A DNA stretch of 64,000 nucleotides from Candidatus Eiseniibacteriota bacterium (lineage in GTDB: Bacteria; Eisenbacteria; RBG-16-71-46): assembly GCA_038231135.1 (NCBI GenBank), contig JBBRLX010000005.1:123339-187338 (forward strand). Direction: 5' to 3'. A program made the translations under genes and the position numbers. This document shows positions 9,424-18,263 of this stretch, piece by piece; the first letter of the stretch is position 1; each line of letters starts with the position of its first letter. Below the pieces are notes generated by a model that did no database searches, had not been told where the DNA came from, and saw only the letters and a program-made list of their open reading frames with translations.

Positions 9424-10308
9424 TCAATCTCGCTGCCCTTGCCATGCCCCCGCAAGCAGCGCCGCACCCACGGCCCCCGCGTCGTACCCCGCCCGCGCCG
9501 CCTCGATCACGAGCCCCTGGGAGAACTCGGGGAACGTCTCGCGGATCACCGCCGCCCGCACCCGCTCGACGAACCGCTCGATTTCCGCCAGTCCTCCGCC
9601 GAGCACGACGCACCCCGGATTCACCAGGTGCACGGCATTCGCGATCGCGACGCCGAGCAGGTCGGCGGCATCGTTGAGCGCCTCGAGCGTGGCGGGCGAA
9701 GCGGTGCGAACAGCCTCGGCAAGGGTCCCCGCGCCCAGCCCCAGCCGCTGCTCCAGCGCGCGTCCCGACGCGAGCGTGCCGATGCAGCCACGGCGCCCGC
9801 AGTCGCACACCGGCCCGTCCCGCACCACAGTGGTGTGGCCGATCTCGCCCGCGAGGCCGCCCACCCCCGGGCGGATCGCGCCGTCCATCACGATCGCACC
9901 GCCGATGCCGGTGCCGACCGACACGAACAGGAAGTCCGTGACGCCGGGCCGCGCCCGGAGTTCAGCGCGCGCGGAATTGTGCACGTCGTTGTCGAGCACG
10001 CACGGAATGCCGAACCGCTCGGTCACGAGCCGGCACGGCTCGGCGCCCCGCCAGTGCGGGAGGATCACCGACGAACGGACGGTCCCCGCGGCCGCATCCA
10101 CGAGGCCCGGAAAGCCGAGGCCGACCGTGCCCACGCGACCCGGCGCCGGAACCCGCCGCAGGGACGCGTCGACCAGCTCGAGCAGCTGCTCCGGACCGAA
10201 CCCGGCACCCGTGGGGGATCGAACGACGGGGCCGATGGACCCGTCGCCGCCCAGCACGCACGCGCCGGCCTTGGTGCCGCCGATGTCGATGCCGAGGACC
10301 GCGGTCAT
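9424..10308 (-). CDS. ROK family sugar/cyclitol kinase
   Basis: GIDIGGTK, DND, VGTGIGG, AGEIGH, CDCGRRGC; no HTH; ATGA overlap with the upstream gene. Confidence 0.9.
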   Translation of the reverse strand: MTAVLGIDIGGTKAGACVLGGDGSIGPVVRSPTGAGFGPEQLLELVDASLRRVPAPGRVGTVGLGFPGLVDAAAGTVRSSVILPHWRGAEPCRLVTERFGIPCVLDNDVHNSARAELRARPGVTDFLFVSVGTGIGGAIVMDGAIRPGVGGLAGEIGHTTVVRDGPVCDCGRRGCIGTLASGRALEQRLGLGAGTLAEAVRTASPATLEALNDAADLLGVAIANAVHLVNPGCVVLGGGLAEIERFVERVRAAVIRETFPEFSQGLVIEAARAGYDAGAVGAALLAGAWQGQRD

Positions 10309-12464
10309 TCCTTCAGCAGGCATTCCGCGAGCAGGGGATGGTCCACGATGCGGTCGATCGCCGCGGCGATGTCACGATCCGGCAGGTCGGGAACGATCCG
10401 GACCTCGCCGATCGCAACCGGCAGCACGTAGTGCAGTTGATTGCCGCGCACGAGCCTGATGGCGTGGACGTGGCGGCACGCGGCGCGCATGTCCTGGATC
10501 GGGACACGCGGTGGCAGGCCATAGGCGCGCAACAGCCGCAGGATGCGGTTCGCGACCTCGGGCGGGCAGATGCCCGCGGTCTCGGCGGCCAGCGTCGCCA
10601 CGACGATGCCCATGGCGACGGCCTCGCCGTGCAGCATGCCGCGATACGCCAGCATGGTCTCGAGCGGATGGCCGAACGTGTGCCCCAGGTTGAGCGGGCG
10701 GCGCAGGTCGGTCTCGAGCGGGTCGCGCGCCAGCAGTTGCACCTTGGTGCGCGCCGACCGCAGCACGATCTCCTCGAGCACCGCGGCCGGCCGCTCCTCC
10801 AGCAGCGTGCCCGCCACCGATTCGAGCAGCCGGAACAGCGCGGGCTCACCGATGATCGCCACCTTGATCGACTCGGCGATGCCGGCCGCCACTTCGCGGG
10901 CGGGCAGCGTCGCCAGCGTGCCCGGGTCGCAGTAGACCGCCAGCGGATGGTGAAACGCGCCGACGAAGTTCTTCGCCCAGTCCGAGTTGATCGCGGTCTT
11001 GCCGCCGATCGCGGCGTCGTGCTGGGCGAGCAGCGTGGTGGGCACGTTCACGTACGACACGCCGCGCATGTAGGACGACGCTACGAAACCGCCCAGGTCG
11101 ATCACCACGCCGCCGCCGAGATTGAGCAGCACCGCGCGCCGGTCGAACCCGAGCTCGTAGAGCCGCTGCATCACCTCGCGATAGGTGTCGAAGCTCTTCG
11201 ACGACTCGCCGCCGGTCACGGCCAAACCCCCGGCCGACACCCCGCAGTCTTGCAGCCGTTGCACCAGGGATTCGCCGTACAGCTTCATCACGTTCACGTC
11301 GGTGATCACGATCACGCGCCGGTCCGGGAACTCGCGCCGCAGCGTCGCCGGCAGGTCGTCGACGAGCCCGGTGCGCACGGTCACGGCGTACTTGTGGCTC
11401 TCCTGCACCGCCACGTGCAGCACGTCGGACACGGGGCGGGGGCGCTCCGCGGGAGTCACGGCGGGGACCAGCGTGCGGTAGTAGTCCTGGATCTCGTCCA
11501 GGCTGCGCTCCAGCTCCCACGCGGGGCGGTATCCCAATGCCGCGATGCGCGAGATGTCGGCGACGTGCCGCTCGACGTCGCCGGGGCGCGGCGGCAGCTC
11601 GTCGAGCACGAGCGGCTTCGGCAGCGAGCGCGTCATGTACTCGAAGATCTCGTCGATCGACGTCTCGCGTCCCGAGCCCACGTTGTAGCGCGTGCCCGCC
11701 ACGCCGTTCTCGGCGATGAGCCACAGCGCCCGCGCCACGTCGCGAACGTCGACGAAGTCGCGCGTGGTATGGCGGGGCCCGATCCGAAGCGGCCGGGTGC
11801 CGCCCGCGGCCCGCGCGGCGCATTGATACCCGAGCCATCCGCACACGTGGCGCTCGTCCTGGCCCGGTCCGACCACGTTGAAGATCCGCGCGATCGCGAG
11901 GTGCAGGCCGCGCCGCGCGGCGGTGATGCGCGCCACCTGCTCGGTGGCCGTCTTGCTCACGGTATAGAGATCGATCGGGGCGCCGACGGCATCGTCCGCC
12001 AGCGGCAGGTTCAAGCCCGGCGCGATGGCGCCGATGATGCCCGACGAGCCGAGCACCACGCGCGCCGCGGGGACGATGCCGGCGATGGCCTCGAGCAGAT
12101 TCTCGGTTCCGATCACGTTCGAGCGGAACAGATGGTCGGCGGGCTCGTCGCGCAGCGCCCCCGCGAGGTGGACGACGATCGCGGGAGCATGGCGCCGCAG
12201 GACTTCCTCGAGTCCTTCACGATCCTGGAGGTGCACCGCGCGATACTGGTAACGCCCGTCGCGGGCCGCGGCGGCGAGCGGCGGCGTGAGCGGCGCGGGC
12301 ACCGACTCCTCGCCGACCGTCACGGTGTGGGTGAAGCGTCCGGCGTTGGCCGAGGACCGCCCGAGCCCGACGATCACGTCGGCGGGGGAGGCTTCCAGCC
12401 AGTGCTGAACGAGGTATCGCCCGATGAATCCCTGTGCTCCGGTGATCAGGATCGTGCGCGACAT
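10305..12464 (-). CDS. Extended-SDR NDP-sugar epimerase/reductase fused to a 3-dehydroquinate-synthase-like sugar-phosphate cyclase
   Basis: N-half: ITGAQGFIG, YTVSK, RDFVDVRD. C-half: GGGVVIDLGGF, MRGV...PTTLLAQHDAAIGGKT, KNFVGAF, LNLGHTFGH, HGEAVA. Confidence 0.88.
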   Translation of the reverse strand: MSRTILITGAQGFIGRYLVQHWLEASPADVIVGLGRSSANAGRFTHTVTVGEESVPAPLTPPLAAAARDGRYQYRAVHLQDREGLEEVLRRHAPAIVVHLAGALRDEPADHLFRSNVIGTENLLEAIAGIVPAARVVLGSSGIIGAIAPGLNLPLADDAVGAPIDLYTVSKTATEQVARITAARRGLHLAIARIFNVVGPGQDERHVCGWLGYQCAARAAGGTRPLRIGPRHTTRDFVDVRDVARALWLIAENGVAGTRYNVGSGRETSIDEIFEYMTRSLPKPLVLDELPPRPGDVERHVADISRIAALGYRPAWELERSLDEIQDYYRTLVPAVTPAERPRPVSDVLHVAVQESHKYAVTVRTGLVDDLPATLRREFPDRRVIVITDVNVMKLYGESLVQRLQDCGVSAGGLAVTGGESSKSFDTYREVMQRLYELGFDRRAVLLNLGGGVVIDLGGFVASSYMRGVSYVNVPTTLLAQHDAAIGGKTAINSDWAKNFVGAFHHPLAVYCDPGTLATLPAREVAAGIAESIKVAIIGEPALFRLLESVAGTLLEERPAAVLEEIVLRSARTKVQLLARDPLETDLRRPLNLGHTFGHPLETMLAYRGMLHGEAVAMGIVVATLAAETAGICPPEVANRILRLLRAYGLPPRVPIQDMRAACRHVHAIRLVRGNQLHYVLPVAIGEVRIVPDLPDRDIAAAIDRIVDHPLLAECLLKE

Positions 12465-12701
12465 GAGGGGCCTCATGATGGAACGACGTGGGTTTCGCAC
12501 AGTATGCGCCCGGATGTGGGCGGGGGACAGATGCTTGTGATGCCCGGCATCGCGGACTCCCGTGGTACACCGCTTCACGGCCACCCCGGGGTTCGCCCCC
12601 GCGGGTGTTCGCTGTGGTTGACGATTTCGGCCGGCGTTCCCTAGGTTTTCGGTTGCTTGAGCAATTTCCCCGCCGAAGGCCGCCCGTTCCCCGGAGATAT
12701 C

Positions 12702-14903
12702 ATGCGCACCGACGACCTGCTGCGTTTCACCTGGCTCGCCGATCCCCAGATTTCGCCGGATGGCCGCCGGATCGCGTTCACACACGTGACCGTCGATCGC
12801 GAGGACGACTCGTACCGCACCGCGATCTGGATCACGGAACTCGATGCGAAGGGCGCCCCCCAGGGCGAGCCGCGCCCGCTCACCTCGGGTCCGCGCGACT
12901 CGCAGCCGCGCTGGGCGCCCGATGCCCAGTGGCTGGTGTTCGTGCGAGCGGCCGTGGCCGGCAAGCCCGGCCAGCTCCACCTGCTGCCGATGAGCGGGGG
13001 CGAGGCCGAGCCGCTCACGAATCTCGAGAAGGGCGCCGCGTCGCCCGCGTGGTCGCCGGATGGCCGGCGGCTCGCGTTCCTGAGCACGACAAACCCGGCG
13101 CTCGACCGGCCCGAACCGAAGCAGCCGAAGAACGAGCCGGCGCGCGTCGTCACGCGGCCGATGTTCCGCTGGAACAACGAAGGGTTCACCGAGTTCGACC
13201 ACCTGAGTCACATCTGGGTGCTCGACGTCGCCACCGCGCGGGATGCGGCACGCGCTCGGCTCCGCGCGGGCAGCGCGCCGGATTCCGGCGCCGGCCCGGG
13301 GTCGGCCGGGGCACCCGGCGGTGTCGCCGAGGAGATCGCCGGAGGCGCAACAGCTGGCGCGGCCGGGCCCGTCTCACCCGCCGAAGACGGCCCCGGAACG
13401 CCCCGCATGCTCACCCGGGGAGAGTATGCCGAGGGACCGCCGCAGTGGTCGCGCGACGGCCGGTGGATCCTGTTCGTCTCGGACCGCCGCGCAGAGCCGT
13501 GGTTCGGCGAGGAGGACTCGGACGTGTTCGCCGTATCCCCCGAACTCGCGGCGCCGGTCGATGGCGAGGGCATGACCGTCGTGGCCGACATCACGGGCCC
13601 GATCGTCACGTTCGCGGAGGGTCCGAATGGCCGGCTGGCGGCGATCGGCGGGCTCCGGGAGGGGCCGGTGCGCTCCTATCAGCAGAGCAAGCTGCTGCGC
13701 TTCGACGGGCCGTGGCCGAGCACCCGCGCGCACGTGTTGACGGCAGGCTACGATTTCGACTTCGGCAGCGACGACATCTCGTCGGATCAGCATCCGCCGC
13801 GCGGCGGCGGCCAGAAGCCGCTCGCGTTCTCGGCCGACGGGCGGTTCATCTTCGGCGTCGCGTGCCGGCAGGGCGCGGCCCGGCTGGCGCGCGTCGACGC
13901 CGCGAGCGGCGCGGTCGAGGAGCTGACCGACGCCGCGCACGAGGTGATCTCGGGCAGCGCCACCCCCGACGCCACGCGGTTCGCGCTTGCGCTGGGCGAC
14001 GTGACGCGGCCGGCCGATCTGTGCGTCTACGACGTCGGACGCGCCCAGCTCGTCACCGTGTGGTCGCCGAACCGTGAGCTGCTCGAGGAACGGGGGCTGG
14101 GCCCGGTCGAGGAGTTCTGGTGCGCGTCGTTCGACGGCACGAAGATCCAGGGCTGGATCGTCAAGCCGCGCGACTTCGATCCGTCGCGGAAGTATCCGCT
14201 GATCCTCCAGATCCACGGCGGGCCCCATGTTGCGTACGGCGTGGGGTTCCTTCACGAATTTCGCACGCTCGCCGACGGCGGCTACGTCGTGCTGTATACG
14301 AATCCGCGCGGCAGCACGACCTACGGCCAGGAGTTCGGCAATATCATCCAGTACAAGTATCCGGGAGACGACTACAAGGATCTGATGGCGGCGGTCGACC
14401 ACGTGATCGGGCTCGGGTACGTCGACGAATCGCGCATGGGCGTCACCGGCGGCAGCGGGGGTGGGCTGCTGACGAACTGGGTGATCGCGCAGACGCACCG
14501 GTTCAAGGCCGCGATCACGCAGCGCTGCGTCTCGGACTGGGCCTCGATGTGGTACAGCGCCGACTTCGCGATGTTCACGCCGTCCTGGTTCCGCAAGTCC
14601 CCGGTCGAGGATCCCGGGGAATACCAGGAGCGTTCGCCGTTCTACCTGGCGCGGCAGATCCGCACGCCGCTGATGGTGATCCACAGCGAGGAGGACTGGC
14701 GCACGCCGATCGCCCAGGGTGAGGCGATGTTCCGCGCGCTCAAGCTGGAGCGGAAACCGACCGTCATGGTGCGGTTCCCGGGTGAGAACCATGAGTTGTC
14801 GCGCAGCGGCGCGCCGTCGCGGCGGGTGCAGAACCAGGAGCACATCCGCCGCTGGTTCGACCACTGGCTGATGGGGATCGACGCGCCCGAATACCACGTG
14901 TGA
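12702..14903 (+). CDS. S9 family peptidase (acylaminoacyl/dipeptidyl peptidase)
   Basis: SPDG propeller repeats, HGGPH, GGSGGG nucleophile, D-x-R, ENHELSRSG; GGAGA RBS. Confidence 0.93.
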   Translation: MRTDDLLRFTWLADPQISPDGRRIAFTHVTVDREDDSYRTAIWITELDAKGAPQGEPRPLTSGPRDSQPRWAPDAQWLVFVRAAVAGKPGQLHLLPMSGGEAEPLTNLEKGAASPAWSPDGRRLAFLSTTNPALDRPEPKQPKNEPARVVTRPMFRWNNEGFTEFDHLSHIWVLDVATARDAARARLRAGSAPDSGAGPGSAGAPGGVAEEIAGGATAGAAGPVSPAEDGPGTPRMLTRGEYAEGPPQWSRDGRWILFVSDRRAEPWFGEEDSDVFAVSPELAAPVDGEGMTVVADITGPIVTFAEGPNGRLAAIGGLREGPVRSYQQSKLLRFDGPWPSTRAHVLTAGYDFDFGSDDISSDQHPPRGGGQKPLAFSADGRFIFGVACRQGAARLARVDAASGAVEELTDAAHEVISGSATPDATRFALALGDVTRPADLCVYDVGRAQLVTVWSPNRELLEERGLGPVEEFWCASFDGTKIQGWIVKPRDFDPSRKYPLILQIHGGPHVAYGVGFLHEFRTLADGGYVVLYTNPRGSTTYGQEFGNIIQYKYPGDDYKDLMAAVDHVIGLGYVDESRMGVTGGSGGGLLTNWVIAQTHRFKAAITQRCVSDWASMWYSADFAMFTPSWFRKSPVEDPGEYQERSPFYLARQIRTPLMVIHSEEDWRTPIAQGEAMFRALKLERKPTVMVRFPGENHELSRSGAPSRRVQNQEHIRRWFDHWLMGIDAPEYHV

Positions 14904-15023
14904 CCGAACGCGCGGCCGCGGCACTCACGCCGGCCGCCGGGGCTGCCGGGACAACCGTCCAAAAACACCCGCCCGCGCGTGGCCGAACTCTCCACGCGCG
15001 GGCGTCGTCGTTTCGCGTTCCGC

Positions 15024-16520
15024 TTACGGCTTGAGCAGCTTGCGCCGCTCGACTTCCTTGCGCAGCACTTCCTTGTTCTGGACCACGAACTCGACCCGGC
15101 GGTTCTTCGCCATGTTGAGCGTGCCGGTGTTCGGCACCAGCGGCTTCGATTCGCCGTAGCCGCGCACCGTGAACTGATCCGCCTTGAGTGCCGGGAACTT
15201 CTGCAGCAGATACTGCTGCACCGCGTTCGCGCGCGCCTCGCTCAGGTGCTGGTTGTAGGCGTTCGAGCCGCGGGAGTCGGTGTGGCCGCCGATCTCGATC
15301 TTGAGCTCCGGCCACTTGCCGAGCACCTGTCCCACCACGTCCAGCACCGGGAACGATTCCGGCAGGATCGTGGCCTTCGCGGTCTCGAAATTCACGTTCT
15401 GGAGCCGGATCATGCCGGTGTCGAGCAGTTCGGTCTCCTTCTCCGTCACCTCGATCGGGCAGCCGTCCTTGTCCACCCGCACGCCCGACGGCGTGTCGGC
15501 GCACTTGTCGAGGCCGTCCGGAACGCCGTCACCGTCCGAGTCCCTGGGGCAGCCGGTGGCGTCGACAACCGCGCCCTTCGGGGTGTCGGGGCACTGGTCG
15601 ATGCCGTCGAACACGCCGTCCCCGTCGGCATCGGTGGGGCAGCCGGTGGCGTCGACTTTGGCGCCCTTCGGGGTGTCGGGGCACGCGTCGATGCCGTCGA
15701 ACACGCCGTCGCCGTCGGAATCGAGCGGGCAGCCCCTGGCGTCGACCTTGGCACCCTTGGGGGTGTTGGGGCAGGTGTCGATCCCGTCGAACACGCCGTC
15801 GCCGTCGGCGTCCGTGGGGCAGCCCCTCGCGTCGACTCTGGCGCCGGCGGGGGTGTTCGGGCACGCGTCGCGCTTGTCGGGCACGCCGTCGCCGTCCGTG
15901 TCCTTGAGCTTGCCGCCGATCGCCCACGTGAGGCCGCCGAGGACCAGTGCGTAGTTGTCCTTCGACGCCGCCGGGCGCCGCGACACGATCAGGATGTTGC
16001 GTGCCTCGGCCTTGATCGCGAGATGCTCCGTGAGCCACAGGTGGAGGCCGGCGCCGGCATCCAGCGAGCCGAAGTGCCGCCGCCCGAAGGGTAGTGCGAA
16101 TCGCTCGTACCCGCCGCCCGCGAGGCCGTAGAGGTCCCAGCCGGAGCCGCGCAGCGGGCTCACGAGCAGGTCCCCGTGGGCGTGGTAGAAGTTCACCTTC
16201 GCGCCGTTCGGCACGTTCACCTCGGTCGAGGTGTAGCCGCCGCCGACCTGCATGCCCACCACGCGATTCCATTGCCAGCCGAGGCTGCCGCCATAGTGCG
16301 CGGCGTCCTTGGCGCGCATGCGGCCCTGGCGCAGCGTCGCGAACGGATCGATGAAGAACGCGTAGCCCGCGTAGGGCGAAATCTGGAGCGTCGAGCCTTC
16401 GGGCGCGGTGGCCGCACTCGCGGGCGCCGCCGCGTGGAACGCAGCGAGCGTCGCCAGCCCCGCGAACAAGCCCGCGAAGGGTACGCCGCACAGCCCGGTC
16501 TTCCGTGGGAATCGAATCAT
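15024..16520 (-). CDS. OmpA family outer-membrane protein (beta-barrel, TSP3 repeats, OmpA C-terminal domain)
   Basis: GGAGG RBS; signal peptide; GHTDSRG, NQHLSEARA, GYGES, NRRVEF. Confidence 0.93.
   Translation of the reverse strand: MIRFPRKTGLCGVPFAGLFAGLATLAAFHAAAPASAATAPEGSTLQISPYAGYAFFIDPFATLRQGRMRAKDAAHYGGSLGWQWNRVVGMQVGGGYTSTEVNVPNGAKVNFYHAHGDLLVSPLRGSGWDLYGLAGGGYERFALPFGRRHFGSLDAGAGLHLWLTEHLAIKAEARNILIVSRRPAASKDNYALVLGGLTWAIGGKLKDTDGDGVPDKRDACPNTPAGARVDARGCPTDADGDGVFDGIDTCPNTPKGAKVDARGCPLDSDGDGVFDGIDACPDTPKGAKVDATGCPTDADGDGVFDGIDQCPDTPKGAVVDATGCPRDSDGDGVPDGLDKCADTPSGVRVDKDGCPIEVTEKETELLDTGMIRLQNVNFETAKATILPESFPVLDVVGQVLGKWPELKIEIGGHTDSRGSNAYNQHLSEARANAVQQYLLQKFPALKADQFTVRGYGESKPLVPNTGTLNMAKNRRVEFVVQNKEVLRKEVERRKLLKP
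15453..15902 (-). repeat. Five tandem 90-bp (30-aa) thrombospondin type 3 Ca-binding repeats
   Basis: DxDGDGVxDxxDxCPxTPxGxxVDxxGCP repeated five times. Confidence 0.9.
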
Positions 16521-16724
16521 GATACCTCCGTGTATCCCGGGGGAGCAGAACCGGCGTGGCACCGGTATGCTGCATGTGAGCGAAGGTGGTGGGTCGCTCT
16601 GCTCCCCGAATGCGCGAATCCCGTGAGCCTCGCTCAGGAATCCGGGTAGGCCGGTATCCTAACACTCACACCAGCGCGGCAGTATAGCGGACAACTGCGG
16701 GCGGCCGGGTTCGGCAGCCCGGCG

Positions 16725-18263
16725 TCACCTGCCGTACAGGGCGGCCAGGCCGGCGAGACGGCGCGCCAGCGGCTCCGTCGCCACCTCCGCCCGGAACCGC
16801 CAGCCCCAGTTGCCTTCGACCCGGCCCGGCAAGTTCATGCGGGCCCGCGAGTCCAGGTCGAGCACATCCTGGAACGGCACGATCGCCGTGTCCGCCACCG
16901 ATGCGAACGCGAGCCGGATCATGTCCCAGGCGATGTCGGCGCCGCTGGTGCCCAGATAGCGCCGGGCGTGGTCCCGCTCGGCATCGGTGGCCGAGCGTTC
17001 GTACCAGCCGCGCGTGGTGTCGTTGTCGTGCGTCCCGGTATAGACCACGCAGTTGCGCGGATGATTGTGGGGCAGGAACGGCTGCGTGGCCGGTCCGCCG
17101 AATGCGAACTGCAGCACCTTCATGCCCGGAAACCCGAACGCATCGCGCAGTTCGAGCACCTCGGGGCTGATGTCGCCGAGGTCCTCGGCGATGATCGGCA
17201 GCGCGCCCAGTGCCGCGCGCAGCGCGTGGAACAACTCGCGGCCCGGCGCCTTGACCCAGCGTCCGTGCTCGGCGGTCGCGTCTCCGGCGGGGATCTCCCA
17301 GTACGCCTCGAATCCGCGGAAGTGGTCGAGCCGCACGACGTCCACCATGCCGAGCACGGCGCGCAACCGGTCGATCCACCACGCGAACCCGGTGGACTCG
17401 ATGGCACTCCAGCGATACAGCGGGTTGCCCCACAGCTGGCCGGTGCTGCTGAAATAGTCCGGCGGCACTCCCGCCACCGCCGTCGGTCGGCCATGCGTGT
17501 CGAGCTCGAACAGCCCGGAATGCGCCCACACGTCGGCGCTGTCGTATGCGACGAAGATCGGCGCGTCGCCGACGATGCGGATGCCGGCGGCGCGGGCGTG
17601 ATCGCGCAGCGCCTGCCACTGGCGGAAGAACAGGAACTGCCGGAACTCGTGGGACTCGATGGCGTGGGCGTGCGCCGCGCGCGCCGCCGCCAGCGCCTCG
17701 GGGCGCCGCAGCGCGACCGGCTCGTCCCACTCGATCCACCTAGTCCCGGCCGCGTCCTTGAGCGCCATGAACAGCGCGAAGTCCAAGAGCCAGCGGGACT
17801 CGCGGGCGCGGAACGCCTCGAACGCGTCCGCGAGGCCGCCGCGGTGGCCGCGGAAGTTCTCGAACGCGCGGTCGAGCACGCGCAGCTTCCAGTCGATGAC
17901 GGGCCCGAAGTCGACGCGGTCGGCCGGGAACGCCGGCGTGCGTTCGAGGTCGGTGGCGGTGAGCAGCCCGTCTTCGACCAGTGCTTCCGGACTCACCCAG
18001 TATGGATTGCCGGCGAATGCCGAGAACGATTGATACGGTGAGTCGCCGTAGCCCGTCGGTCCGAGCGGCAGCAGTTGCCACGACTTCATGCCGGAGCGCC
18101 CGAGGAACTCGACCCAGCGGTGCGCGGCGGGCCCGAGGTCGCCGATTCCGAACCGCCCCGGCAGCGAGGTCGGGTGGAGCAGGATCCCGGCGGTGCGCCC
18201 GGCGCCCGGCGTGCCCGCGGCCGCCGCGTCCCCGCCGGCGCGTCCGGGCCCGATCGAGCTCAC
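16725..18263 (-). CDS. malQ: 4-alpha-glucanotransferase (GH77)
   Basis: GILLHPTSLP, GVPPDYFS..GQLWGNP, RLDHFRGF, IAEDLG, YTGTHDNDT. Confidence 0.96.
   Translation of the reverse strand: MSSIGPGRAGGDAAAAGTPGAGRTAGILLHPTSLPGRFGIGDLGPAAHRWVEFLGRSGMKSWQLLPLGPTGYGDSPYQSFSAFAGNPYWVSPEALVEDGLLTATDLERTPAFPADRVDFGPVIDWKLRVLDRAFENFRGHRGGLADAFEAFRARESRWLLDFALFMALKDAAGTRWIEWDEPVALRRPEALAAARAAHAHAIESHEFRQFLFFRQWQALRDHARAAGIRIVGDAPIFVAYDSADVWAHSGLFELDTHGRPTAVAGVPPDYFSSTGQLWGNPLYRWSAIESTGFAWWIDRLRAVLGMVDVVRLDHFRGFEAYWEIPAGDATAEHGRWVKAPGRELFHALRAALGALPIIAEDLGDISPEVLELRDAFGFPGMKVLQFAFGGPATQPFLPHNHPRNCVVYTGTHDNDTTRGWYERSATDAERDHARRYLGTSGADIAWDMIRLAFASVADTAIVPFQDVLDLDSRARMNLPGRVEGNWGWRFRAEVATEPLARRLAGLAALYGR

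Noticed and set aside
15453..15902. Regular DNA repeats as a possible CRISPR array
   Set aside because: In-frame 90-bp TSP3 coding repeats with no unique spacers and no cas genes.
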